Below are positions 1 to 8,728 of a stretch of 63,940 bases of DNA, piece after piece. Positions within the stretch are counted from its first letter, which is position 1. Every line of letters starts with the position of its first letter. This DNA comes from an uncultured Candidatus Saccharibacteria bacterium (GTDB lineage Bacteria > Patescibacteriota > Minisyncoccia > Phycocordibacterales > Phycocordibacteraceae): positions 37,770-101,709 of the forward strand of contig CAZJPR010000001.1 in assembly GCA_964548265.1 (NCBI GenBank). The letters are read 5' to 3'. A program made the translations under genes and the position numbers. The notes beneath the pieces were generated by a model that was given only the letters and a program-made list of their open reading frames with translations, searched no databases and was not told the DNA's origin.

Positions 1-144
1 AGGGCCCCGACGCTCCCTTCCCAATAAGAGACTAGGTGGGCCTAGGGAGGCTGGTTATACACTTGCCCCGAACCCCCCAAAAGGGGACAATGGCATGACC
101 TCTTGAGATTTACGATCTCAGATTACAACTAACCAAACAATCGT

Positions 145-1179
145 ATGCCTATTCAGAAAGGAGCCGGAACCGTCGACATTAACGCCCGCCGCATCATCAA
201 CGGTAAGGATGCTGACGTGATGCAGCTCTACCCAATGCGTCACACGTTCGCGTGGGAAGCGTATCTTGCCGGTAACGCCAACCACTGGCTCCCGACTGAA
301 ATAAGCATGCAGCGCGATATCGAGCAGTGGAGGAGCACCACCGTTCTTTCTGACGACGAACGCAAGGCATTCGAGACCGTGCTTGGCTTCTTCACCACCG
401 CAGACTCCATTGCGGCTAACAACGTGGTGCTTGCCCTCTACAAGCACATCACCAGCCCTGAGTGCCGCATGTATCTCCTTCGTCAGGGTTACGAAGAAGC
501 AATCCACACGCACGCGTACCAATACATCGTGGAGTCTCTTGGCATGGACCAGTCGAAGATTTTCAACATGTACCGTGAGATTGAGTCCATCTACAACAAG
601 GACAACATGGTGCTCGCGTTGAACGAAGGAATCTTCGACCCAGCGTTTAAGACTGGCACGTTTGAGAACGATCAGAAGTTCCTTGAGAACCTCATTGTCT
701 TCTCCCTCATCATGGAAGGCATCTTCTTCTATTCTTCCTTCGCCGTTATGTTCGGCTTTCAGCGCCAGAACAAGCTCACGGGTTCAGCAGAGCAGATTCA
801 GTACATCATGCGTGATGAGTCCCAGCACCTGAACTTCGGCATCAACATGATTAACACCATTAAGGAGGAGCAGCCGGAGCTTTGGACCCCTGAGTTCCAG
901 GCGCACATCATCGACCTTGTGAAGAGGGCAGTGGTGCTTGAGTACACCTTCGCTACCGAGGTCTTCCCGCGCGGCATCTTCGGTATGAACGCCGAGGGCT
1001 TCAAGCAGTACATTGAGCACATCGCTGACCGCCGCCTCGAGCGTGTTGGGCTCCCGGCCCAGTTCAACGTCGAGAACCCTTTCACGTGGATGAGCGAGGC
1101 TATCGACCTCAACAAGGAGAAGAACTTCTTTGAGACCCGCGTGACCGAGTACAAGACCGGAGGAACCCTCAACTGGTAA
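145..1179 (+). CDS. nrdB: Ribonucleotide reductase class I small (beta/R2) subunit
   Basis: 344-aa ORF with the ferritin-like di-iron/tyrosyl pattern: TTADSIAANN (Asp ligand), EEAIHTHAYQY (Glu/His plus radical Tyr), IMEGIFFYSSF (Glu), RDESQHLNFG (Glu/His). Confidence 0.93.
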   Translation: MPIQKGAGTVDINARRIINGKDADVMQLYPMRHTFAWEAYLAGNANHWLPTEISMQRDIEQWRSTTVLSDDERKAFETVLGFFTTADSIAANNVVLALYKHITSPECRMYLLRQGYEEAIHTHAYQYIVESLGMDQSKIFNMYREIESIYNKDNMVLALNEGIFDPAFKTGTFENDQKFLENLIVFSLIMEGIFFYSSFAVMFGFQRQNKLTGSAEQIQYIMRDESQHLNFGINMINTIKEEQPELWTPEFQAHIIDLVKRAVVLEYTFATEVFPRGIFGMNAEGFKQYIEHIADRRLERVGLPAQFNVENPFTWMSEAIDLNKEKNFFETRVTEYKTGGTLNW

Positions 1180-1181
1180 GT

Positions 1182-1466
1182 ATGATAGAGAACGAGCCTA
1201 AGACGTACCCTTGGGGTATTGCGGACGCTGAAACTGTCCGCCAGATGGTTAAAAACGCGGTCGCCAAGGGCGATGCGCGCTCACTTGAAGTGGTGGTGGA
1301 TGACTTTGTAGACCGGGAAGGGGTGTTAGAGGCCGAATTAGGTATTGAGAAGGGACAGATAACCAACCACCCAGAGCTGGTCGACCTCCGGGCTCTTCGG
1401 GCTGAAGTAGAGGAGGGAAGAAGGAAGGCCTGGGAGCTACAGGGTATACAAGGTTCAGAGCAATAG
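1182..1466 (+). CDS. Hypothetical small acidic protein, coupled to nrdB
   Basis: 94-aa ORF whose ATG lies 2 nt after the nrdB TAA stop. It has no Cys and no family motif I recognise. Confidence 0.4.
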   Translation: MIENEPKTYPWGIADAETVRQMVKNAVAKGDARSLEVVVDDFVDREGVLEAELGIEKGQITNHPELVDLRALRAEVEEGRRKAWELQGIQGSEQ

Positions 1467-1598
1467 AATGGCGTAGAATAAGGATATTTAGCCCATTTTC
1501 ACTCTTGACATACTTCTCAAAAGTGTTGTAGAGCTTGACAAAAGGACCCTTGACTGATAGTCTAGCTTCACGAGGTTGTCTTTTGGACCCTTGTATCT

Positions 1599-2204
1599 AT
1601 GACACCACTTATAGCCCTTATGGGCTTTTTTGTTTGGGCAGGGACCGCCTACGCGCCCGTCCAGGCTGAACAGACTCCTATCGAACCTGCGGAAACCGTA
1701 AAGGTAGCCGTTAAGGACGAGGTATCTGTCGCCCGGGACACCGTTGGTGAACTTTCCGTAAAGCTCACGGCCTACAACGCCGTACCAGAGCAGACGGACG
1801 GCAACCCCCTGGTGACCGCCTCTGGTGCGGCTTCTAACCCTGAGGTCATAGCTGCACGCTCCAAGGACCTGTCTTCCGAGCTCCCGTTTGGGACCATCAT
1901 CTCTATTGAGGCTCCTGAGGACCCTTCACGCTCGTGTGGGTACGCTTCCGTTGAGCACCTTGTGGGCTACCGCGTTATTGCGGACACCACGCATTCTAGG
2001 AAGGTTGAGCAAATCGACGTTCTCGTGAATACGGAGGACACGGTGCTCGTGAACGGACGTGCCGTGAACCCTGCGCTTGCGCTTGGTGTGTGTGACGACG
2101 TGACCATTAAGGTGGTCGGCCGCATTAAGGTCTCTGACATCCCAAGGACCCAAGCGGAACTCGTCGACATTGTGACCGGCGGCAAGCTCGCTCTCGGTAA
2201 TTAA
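1599..2204 (+). CDS. Secreted/membrane-anchored 3D-domain (MltA-like double-psi barrel) protein
   Basis: Hydrophobic N-terminus. TAYNAVPEQTDGNPLVTASG ... LPFGT ... IADTTHS ... QIDVLV resembles the 3D-domain signature. A hairpin terminator follows. Confidence 0.62.
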   Translation: MTPLIALMGFFVWAGTAYAPVQAEQTPIEPAETVKVAVKDEVSVARDTVGELSVKLTAYNAVPEQTDGNPLVTASGAASNPEVIAARSKDLSSELPFGTIISIEAPEDPSRSCGYASVEHLVGYRVIADTTHSRKVEQIDVLVNTEDTVLVNGRAVNPALALGVCDDVTIKVVGRIKVSDIPRTQAELVDIVTGGKLALGN

Positions 2205-2206
2205 AG

Positions 2207-2228
2207 AACCGCCCTAAGGGCGGTTTTC
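2207..2228. terminator. Bidirectional intrinsic terminator between convergent genes
   Basis: aaccgccc-taa-gggcggtt stem-loop followed by a T run. It sits between the stop at 2204 (+) and the stop at 2231 (-). Confidence 0.7.
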
Positions 2229-2230
2229 TG

Positions 2231-2728
2231 TTACGCGTCTGGAAGTGATTCTGCTTCTTCCTTCAAGGCGTCAATATCAGTGCGGGCTTTCATCTCAGCG
2301 AGGTCGGCGTCCTTTAGGTGACGGCGCATACCTAGGTGGTGCTGAATCTCGTCCAGCATGATGAGCATCTTTGTGATCTCCTCCTCAGAGCGAACATCAA
2401 TCTCGAAATCGAGCTTCTCCCGAATGTCTGCGATGTGCCCTTGGCGGTTCTGGCTGATAAGCACGATGACTGAAAGTGCGATGGCTTCAAGGGAGACTGC
2501 CATCGTGAGGAGCGAATACGGGAAGGGGTCGAAGATTTCAAATCCGAGTGCACCCTCGTTCCAGAGAATCCACACAAGGAACACTATAAAGTTTATAAAC
2601 AAGAACGTTACTGTCCCGAACCAGTGAGTCATGAGGTCCGCAAAGCGTCCTATCCAGCTGTGTTTGAATGCGAGCCGTGATTTGAGGTGACTGGAGAACA
2701 GGCTACCTGCGGGCTTCTTAGGTTCCAT
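2231..2728 (-). CDS. DUF1003-family membrane protein
   Basis: I prefer the internal ATG at 2728 (MEPKKPAG...). FDPFPYSLLTMAVSLEAIALSVIVLISQNRQ followed by a helical acidic tail matches the DUF1003 pattern. The upstream 67 codons of the listed ORF look non-coding. Confidence 0.75.
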   Translation of the reverse strand: MEPKKPAGSLFSSHLKSRLAFKHSWIGRFADLMTHWFGTVTFLFINFIVFLVWILWNEGALGFEIFDPFPYSLLTMAVSLEAIALSVIVLISQNRQGHIADIREKLDFEIDVRSEEEITKMLIMLDEIQHHLGMRRHLKDADLAEMKARTDIDALKEEAESLPDA

Positions 2729-2795
2729 AGTGTGTGTAGTATACCGCCTGCCATACGCCGACAGCCACCGTGTGGGTATAGCGTATACTACTCGC

Positions 2796-3113
2796 ATGAA
2801 TAGTGAGGGAGACGAGCTCCATAACGCTATGCCGTCATGGCCTAAGGTTGTGATTAACGGCACCACTACCTTCGTTGAAAAGAAGGGGGGTGAGCACCAC
2901 CGAGCGTTCGTGCAGGTGTCTCCTGGCAAGCGTGAGTGGTTCCATGTGAAGGCTCAGGGCGCTACGTTCGTACCATCGTATAGCGAACGGTACGCGTACG
3001 TTGGGGACGTGGGAGCCGATGGTTCTTTTGATGTCCAACGCCGGCGCGATGACGGGAGCGTAGAGCCAGAGTTCAGTAAGGCGACTCTAGTGTCCGAAGA
3101 ATCCTCGTCCTAA
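2796..3113 (+). CDS. Questionable small hypothetical ORF
   Basis: 105 codons from the ATG at 2796. It overlaps the purH 3' end by 27 nt and has no motif. It may be spurious. Confidence 0.2.
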   Translation: MNSEGDELHNAMPSWPKVVINGTTTFVEKKGGEHHRAFVQVSPGKREWFHVKAQGATFVPSYSERYAYVGDVGADGSFDVQRRRDDGSVEPEFSKATLVSEESSS

Positions 3114-4670
3114 TCGGTCAGGAATCATATAGAGAGGAACGCCGCGGGATGCGGCGAGCTCAATCGTTGCTGAATCTTTGAGTGAACCACTCGTGGTGAG
3201 TATGGTGGTGACGCCTCCATCAATAAGCGTCTCGGGGCCATCTGGGAAGGGAAAGAAGGAGTCGCTGTAGGCTATTGCTCCCTTCACCTCATGTTTGGAG
3301 CGCTCGGCCCTCATAAGCGCAAGTTTTGCGGCTCCCACGCGGTCTTGTTGGCCGACGCCGTTACCAATGAGCATCCCATCCTTCACCAGCGCGATGGTGT
3401 TGCTATTGCTCGTTGCTCCGATGGCCCACGCAAGGAGCATGTCGTCTTCCTGCGCGGGTGTGGCGTTCCCGTACTTGGCGAGCTCAGCAGACGCGAGCTC
3501 AAGTACATACGTGTAGTTAGGCTGCGTGAGGAATCCGCCGCGCACGTATCTGAAGCGTGGGCTCGTATCAAGTGAGTTTTTTCCCAGAGAGGCAAGCGCT
3601 GGGTTCACAATGAAGCGGCACTTGTCGCCCTTGCGGCGCAGTTTCGTGATTGCTTCCTCAGTGAACGAAGGAGCAATAATGCCATCGAGCATGCGGCCAG
3701 CAATCTCCTCAGCCTCTTCAGCGCCAATGGGGAAGTTGGTGAGGATGAGTCCGCCAAATATTGCGAGTGGGTCACCAGCAATCGTCTTCTTGAGTGTCTC
3801 GGCATGGGTACCTCCTACCGCCGCGCCGCATGCGTTGCCGTGCTTGGCACCGACCGCGAGGTGCGGCACTTTGCCACGATTTACTTCAAAGGCAGCTGCG
3901 ATATGCGTTGCCGTCTGAAGAAGACGGTCGATATCTGCCCAGTTGTTGTAGGAAGGAGGCGTGCCCTCAAGAACAGAGAACTTCGAGAGCGCAAGCGGGT
4001 CTTCAGTAGCAGAGGCGTAGAGGGCAGCGGGTGCCTGGATCGCGTTCTCGCCGTACTTACATTCTGCAATGCGCTCGCCGACAAATCCTGCGTAGTGGCC
4101 CTGACCCTGGTAGGTTGCAGAGGCGAGGCAGTAGCCTGCAATAGTGTACTCACCCTTGGCAGCGAGCTCCTCGACGAAGGCCTCATCGTTTCCTCCTGCG
4201 CGAAGCCACTCAAGTACGCGTACACGATCCTTAGGATCACAGACGACAACGCGCCCGCCCTTTGCTGCAGAGCGGATCATGGTGGGGCCACCAATGTCAG
4301 TCTTCTCAATGACGGACTCACGGGTGCTGCCAGTCTTGGCGATCTCTTCCTCAAGAGGGTAGAGATCTACGCACACGAGGTCTATAAACGGTATAGAAAG
4401 GTCAGCGAGCTCCTTGAGGTCCTCAGGGATATCACGTGCAAGGAGGCCTGCGTGCACTTCGCGAGAAAGAGTCACCACACGGTGGCCAAGAATAGCGCCA
4501 CCGCCCACCAACGTTGCGACGTCAGTAACCGTAATGCCCGCATCAGTGAGCGCCTTCGCAGTGCCTCCGGAGGCGTAAATCTTCACCCCGAGGTCAGTGA
4601 GTCCTTGGGCAAACTCAACGATGCCGTCCTTGTGGTAAACCGAGAGGAGCGCCGTCTCTACTTTTTTCAT
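3087..4670 (-). CDS. purH: Bifunctional AICAR transformylase / IMP cyclohydrolase
   Basis: 527 aa. N-terminal MGS-like domain (ALLSVYHKDGIVEFAQGL...YASGGTAK) followed by an AICARFT domain, giving full-length PurH architecture. Confidence 0.95.
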   Translation of the reverse strand: MKKVETALLSVYHKDGIVEFAQGLTDLGVKIYASGGTAKALTDAGITVTDVATLVGGGAILGHRVVTLSREVHAGLLARDIPEDLKELADLSIPFIDLVCVDLYPLEEEIAKTGSTRESVIEKTDIGGPTMIRSAAKGGRVVVCDPKDRVRVLEWLRAGGNDEAFVEELAAKGEYTIAGYCLASATYQGQGHYAGFVGERIAECKYGENAIQAPAALYASATEDPLALSKFSVLEGTPPSYNNWADIDRLLQTATHIAAAFEVNRGKVPHLAVGAKHGNACGAAVGGTHAETLKKTIAGDPLAIFGGLILTNFPIGAEEAEEIAGRMLDGIIAPSFTEEAITKLRRKGDKCRFIVNPALASLGKNSLDTSPRFRYVRGGFLTQPNYTYVLELASAELAKYGNATPAQEDDMLLAWAIGATSNSNTIALVKDGMLIGNGVGQQDRVGAAKLALMRAERSKHEVKGAIAYSDSFFPFPDGPETLIDGGVTTILTTSGSLKDSATIELAASRGVPLYMIPDRLGRGFFGH

Positions 4671-4672
4671 GC

Positions 4673-5536
4673 TTAGTCGAAGAGGGTTATTAAATAGGTA
4701 TCAATCTCGCGCTGGTCGAGGTCGTAAAAGTTCTTTTGCTCCTTGTGAAGGTGGCGAGCCAAATCGGTACCGACGAAGCGCCAGTGCCACGGCTCGTACT
4801 GATAATACCCGTTGTTCTCTGGGTAGGAAAGGATGAAGCCGTAGCGGTAGGCGTTCTCGGTAAGCCAGGTAAACGCCTTTGAGTCATCAAAGCCCACGAA
4901 GGTGGAACCAATGGCGTCAGTGGTGAAATCGAGCGTGGTGCCGAGCTGGTGTTCGGAGTACCCCTGGTCGGCAGAGAAAGCGTTTGCACCACTGCCGTAG
5001 GTGACCTTGTAGCTTGATTTGAGAGCTGCCTGCGTTCCGAAAGAGCGGAATCCTGAGATGACCTTGAGGTCGATATCGTCGTCCTCAGCATCCTCAAGCA
5101 GATCTTTCAAGAACGGCCACACCTTCTCATGTATGGACTCGCTTTCTCCATAGACGTACTTCTCGTCAATAGGTACGGCGCCGGTAGGCGAGTAATTCTC
5201 GTTGAGGAAATAAATCTTGGAATATTTCTGCAGGAGTTCAGGGTCGGTCTTGGCGAGCTTGTCGAGGTCGCTCACGGTTCCGCTGATATCTTTAATCTGG
5301 TCCTCAAAGGCATTGTTGCGCTCTCGTTCGGCTTCAAGGTTGCCGCCGAGCTGGGTGTTCTCCGCTTCCGCCTTAGCAAGGTCCGCAGAGACCGAAGCAA
5401 GTTTTGCTTCGTAGTCAGCTACAAGTGCGGCGAGCGTGGCTTTGGAGTCAGTGTAGTACCAGACGAAGCCGAGGACCAAGGTCACGATGAGTACGACTAG
5501 GGCGACGAGTGCCGCCTTTAGGTTCGCTGCCTTCAT
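4673..5536 (-). CDS. D-alanyl-D-alanine carboxypeptidase, peptidase M15B (VanY-like), membrane anchored
   Basis: N-terminal TM helix and coiled coil, then ISGFRSF, SEHQLGTTLDF and EPWHWRFVG, the zinc-ligand motifs of the VanY family. Confidence 0.85.
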   Translation of the reverse strand: MKAANLKAALVALVVLIVTLVLGFVWYYTDSKATLAALVADYEAKLASVSADLAKAEAENTQLGGNLEAERERNNAFEDQIKDISGTVSDLDKLAKTDPELLQKYSKIYFLNENYSPTGAVPIDEKYVYGESESIHEKVWPFLKDLLEDAEDDDIDLKVISGFRSFGTQAALKSSYKVTYGSGANAFSADQGYSEHQLGTTLDFTTDAIGSTFVGFDDSKAFTWLTENAYRYGFILSYPENNGYYQYEPWHWRFVGTDLARHLHKEQKNFYDLDQREIDTYLITLFD

Positions 5537-5597
5537 GGGGCTAGTTTAGCATTCTGGCCTCATCCTTCCCACATCGCACCAGGCTATACTTACGTCT

Positions 5598-6179
5598 ATG
5601 AGAACTACCCTTATTTTTCTGGCGATTGTCGTTCTTGTGCTTGGAGGGTCATGGCTCACTTCTCGCATTGCGTCGGCGCCGCCTCACGTACCGACGGACG
5701 GCTGGCAGCGGTACACTGGCGCGGACTTCACTATCGAGTATCCACCCGGGTACATCGTCAATGAGTCCTACGTGTATGAGGGCCTCGGACCTGAAAACCA
5801 GATTCCTGGCGTTTCCTTCACCGTTCCCGCAAGTCTCACAGAGGGGACGAACCTTTCCTCGGATACTCGCTTCTCGGTCGAAAAGAAGGATGGAGCCTGT
5901 GAAGCATCAGAAGTGCTACCAGCGCTCGTTGATTCCTTCGCCGAGATTGATAACGGCGTGACCTACTCGGTCGCAAGCATGTCCGACGCTGGAGCCGGTA
6001 ATCGGTATCAAGAAATCGTCTATGTACCAGTAGGCTCGGAAGAATGCCGTATCCTTCGGTATTTCATTCACGACACTGTGATTGAGAACTATGAGCCAGG
6101 AACAGTTCTCATGTTCAATGGTCCCGAACTCCATGACACCTTCGACCGCATGCGCCGCTCCCTCACAGAGCTCAACTAG
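5598..6179 (+). CDS. Hypothetical membrane-anchored/exported protein
   Basis: 193 aa with an N-terminal hydrophobic helix (LIFLAIVVLVLGG). No family motif recognised. Confidence 0.55.
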   Translation: MRTTLIFLAIVVLVLGGSWLTSRIASAPPHVPTDGWQRYTGADFTIEYPPGYIVNESYVYEGLGPENQIPGVSFTVPASLTEGTNLSSDTRFSVEKKDGACEASEVLPALVDSFAEIDNGVTYSVASMSDAGAGNRYQEIVYVPVGSEECRILRYFIHDTVIENYEPGTVLMFNGPELHDTFDRMRRSLTELN

Positions 6180-6294
6180 TGTTCATCCATCGTTCATCAC
6201 AGACGTAGAAAGATAACGGAGTGCGTAATCTGCACACGCCGCATCCGTCTGTATACGTATGCGGCATGACCGCACTAATGGAAATATCAACGGT

Positions 6295-6786
6295 ATGAAC
6301 ACCAACTTTATGCAAAAAATTCTGCTTCCGGTACTTATCGCGGCGCTCGCGATAGGACCGGCAGCAGTGCTCGCAAATAACGACGGCGAAGAGAAGGAAC
6401 ACAATAAGAGTGTGCGCCCGGCTACGCTCGTGCAGCTTACTGCTAACGGTGGTGCACTCGTTCGTGGTGGGGAAGTCACGGCAATTAACGACGACGTGGT
6501 AACGGTGCAAACAGATCTGGGTGACGTTGAGTTCACGTGGACGGTAGATATTGATAGTGATACTGAGCTCCTTACACTTAAGGGCAATGACTTCGACCTC
6601 AGCGACCTCGAGGTGGGAGACACGGTTAGCTTCAGCGGTACGCTTGAATCTACCTCTCGCGTGGATGCGAGTGTCCTCAAGGAATGGTCTGAGGACGAGA
6701 ACATCAACAGGAAGGACCATGCCAAGGAGTTCGGCATCAAGGTCAGAGATTGGTTCAAGGGCCACTTCGGTTTCTGGAAGAACTAA
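6295..6786 (+). CDS. Secreted hypothetical protein (DUF5666-like beta-rich domain, tentative)
   Basis: Signal peptide MNTNFMQKILLPVLIAALAIGPAAVLA. The VTVQTDLGDVEFTWTVD...LEVGDTVSFSG pattern and a terminator follow. An alternative ATG lies at 6259. Confidence 0.6.
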   Translation: MNTNFMQKILLPVLIAALAIGPAAVLANNDGEEKEHNKSVRPATLVQLTANGGALVRGGEVTAINDDVVTVQTDLGDVEFTWTVDIDSDTELLTLKGNDFDLSDLEVGDTVSFSGTLESTSRVDASVLKEWSEDENINRKDHAKEFGIKVRDWFKGHFGFWKN

Positions 6787-6800
6787 CAGTTCTCTCCTCA

Positions 6801-6825
6801 AAGCCCCGCGAAAGCGGGGCTTTTG
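6801..6825 (+). terminator. Intrinsic terminator
   Basis: agccccgc-gaaa-gcggggct hairpin followed by TTT, directly after the stop at 6786. Confidence 0.75.
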
Positions 6826-6884
6826 GTATGCTGGTACTCATGCAGGTTCAAGGTAATAGGCACCCTGGTGCTACGTCATAGGAT

Positions 6885-7394
6885 ATGGACTCGAAAGCGA
6901 CTGAAACGGCGTTCCTTGACCTGCACACCCGCTTCGCGGACCCGCTCTTCCGGCATGCCTACTTTAAGGTAAGCGACCGCGACGTAGCGCTCGACATCAC
7001 CCAGGAGTCTTTCCTACGGATGTGGGACTATCTCACGGCTGGAAATGTAGTCGACAACCCCAAGGCGTTCCTCTTCCGCATAGCAGGGAACCTGATTATC
7101 GACCACTACCGCAAGAAGAAGAGCTCCTCGCTCGAATCGATGCAGGAGACAGGGTTTGACCCAGCGGGGGCAGACGCAGCATCCATTACGGATGCCGCAG
7201 CAGGGAAGGAGGCCCTCGGACTGCTTTCAGAGCTTCCAGAGAAAGACCGCGAGGCGCTTCTCATGCGACATGTGGAGGATTTGTCGGTCGGGGAAATAGC
7301 CACTATTTCAGGCGAATCCCCAAACGTCATTTCAGTTCGCATCCACCGCGCGACCAAGAAACTCCGAGCACTACTCGACCATGGACCTACTTAA
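6885..7394 (+). CDS. ECF-type RNA polymerase sigma-70 family factor
   Basis: Region 2 (FLFRIAGNLIIDHYRKKK) and region 4 HTH (LPEKDREALLMRHVEDLSVGEIATISGESPNVISVRIHRATKKL). Confidence 0.9.
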   Translation: MDSKATETAFLDLHTRFADPLFRHAYFKVSDRDVALDITQESFLRMWDYLTAGNVVDNPKAFLFRIAGNLIIDHYRKKKSSSLESMQETGFDPAGADAASITDAAAGKEALGLLSELPEKDREALLMRHVEDLSVGEIATISGESPNVISVRIHRATKKLRALLDHGPT

Positions 7395-8544
7395 CACACT
7401 CAAGCACTCGCTCTCTAAACTTCGTCTCTCGGACGCGGAGCGTTCCACTATGCGTGAGGTGCTCATCACCCGCATGCGCTCGACGCAAGCTACTCCGAGC
7501 ATCCCGTCGCCCTACGGAGGTTTTTTCATGACCCTCACGTTCCAGAGGACTGCGGCCTTTATTGCAGTCTTCGCCGTTTTTGTAAGTGGCGCCGGAGGCG
7601 TGTCGCTTGCCGCTGAAGAGTCAGTTCCAGGTGACGCCATATACGCACTTAAGGTCAACGTCAACGAACCGCTCTATACCCTTACCGCAGTCACTCCTTC
7701 TGCGAAAGCTGCAGTCGCCACCTCGCGTACTGAGCGTCGCCTCAAGGAAGCGGAGGTCCTTGCTGCTCGCGGTTCGCTTGATGAGAGTGCCGTCGCAGAG
7801 CTCTCCGAGCGTTTCCATGCTTCGGCAGAGGAAGCTGCCTCACATATTGACGAGCTTTCCGAGAAAGCACCGGAGAAGGGAATTGACGCTTCAGTCGAAC
7901 TTGAATCCGTGCTTTCAGCGCACGGTCGCATTATCGACGACATCATCGCTGCACGCAGCGGAGATACCGAAGACGCACTCGCCACACTGCGCGTTGACAT
8001 TACTGAGAAGGAAGAGGAGGTCGCGCAAGAGCGCGATGAGAACGCCGCACCTTCGGAGGAGGAAAGCGGACATGTGCTTGCTGATACCACGCATGATGCG
8101 GAGGTCGCAGTGCGAAATCTCGCAGAATTGTCTGAAACACTTCCTGCAGAAGATGCACTTGCCATAGATAGTCGCGTCGCGCTCATCAACGAGGCAATCG
8201 ATGAAGGCAAAGCTATGCACGAACTCGGCGCATACCAGGACGCTGTTGCGGAGTTCGCACGCGCCAAGACCGCCATCGGCGTAAGCTGGCGTCTTCTCGA
8301 AGCCAAGGATCGTTTCGAAACTCCTGGAGAAGAGGAGGTGGCAGATACTGCAGTTGAGGAAGAGGTGGCTTCTGAGCCCGCCCCTGAGGTGGCCACCCTT
8401 TCTGCGCCTACGGTCATGATGAAGGCTGTTGCGACGACGACCGCAACTACCACCGAGGAGGCTTCTGAGGAGGAGAAGATTGAGGCCCCACAGCGTCGCT
8501 CTGGCTCCTGGTATCGCCCGATTCGCATCGACTTGGCACCCTAA
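7381..8544 (+). CDS. Putative membrane-anchored anti-sigma partner (DUF5667-like), low-complexity Ala/Glu-rich
   Basis: Overlaps the sigma gene by 14 nt. Single TM (AAFIAVFAVFVSGAGGV) followed by VPGDAIYALKVNVNEPL, which is typical of DUF5667. Confidence 0.6.
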   Translation: MDLLNTLKHSLSKLRLSDAERSTMREVLITRMRSTQATPSIPSPYGGFFMTLTFQRTAAFIAVFAVFVSGAGGVSLAAEESVPGDAIYALKVNVNEPLYTLTAVTPSAKAAVATSRTERRLKEAEVLAARGSLDESAVAELSERFHASAEEAASHIDELSEKAPEKGIDASVELESVLSAHGRIIDDIIAARSGDTEDALATLRVDITEKEEEVAQERDENAAPSEEESGHVLADTTHDAEVAVRNLAELSETLPAEDALAIDSRVALINEAIDEGKAMHELGAYQDAVAEFARAKTAIGVSWRLLEAKDRFETPGEEEVADTAVEEEVASEPAPEVATLSAPTVMMKAVATTTATTTEEASEEEKIEAPQRRSGSWYRPIRIDLAP

Positions 8545-8547
8545 GGC

Positions 8548-8589
8548 GCTGGGGAGGCCGAAGGTGCTTCATGCACCGGCCTCCCCAGC
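8548..8589 (+). terminator. Long GC hairpin terminator
   Basis: gctggggaggccg ... cggcctccccagc perfect 13-bp stem with an inner ggtgc/gcacc stem, 4 nt after the stop at 8544. Confidence 0.65.
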
Positions 8590-8728
8590 TCTATCTCACA
8601 ATATGGTCAGAAGCGCAGCTTCCGCGCTCTGTATGTAGGGTGCTCATAGATGCGTTATGACGATAGGTGACTATTAGGGCTGGTAATAGCTCACTACCGT
8701 ATCAAAGCAACGATGAGTGGCAGATGAA

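Noticed and set aside
1-144. Leader upstream of nrdB, examined for an NrdR box, a cobalamin riboswitch, or the 3' end of nrdA. A small palindrome gagat-ttacg-atctc was noted near 104..118.
   Set aside because: I found no 16-bp NrdR-type palindrome and no recognisable B12-box. All three forward frames hit stops within about 105 nt, and none shows an NrdA-like Cys-containing tail. The 5-bp palindrome is too weak to call.
3804-4676. 290-aa plus-strand ORF, plus similar long antisense ORFs at 7674..8528, 31625..32182, 42983..43654, 47885..48562 and 52250..52996.
   Set aside because: All lie antisense within strongly supported genes (purH, the anti-sigma partner, frr, ftsI, the P-type ATPase, dnaB). 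They are stop-codon-poor shadow frames, not independent genes.
6172-6801. Two overlapping minus-strand ORFs (209 and 191 aa) opposite the 6259..6786 ORF.
   Set aside because: The plus-strand frame has a canonical signal peptide, a plausible domain composition and a downstream terminator in its own orientation. The minus frames are Ser/Arg/Leu-rich shadows.
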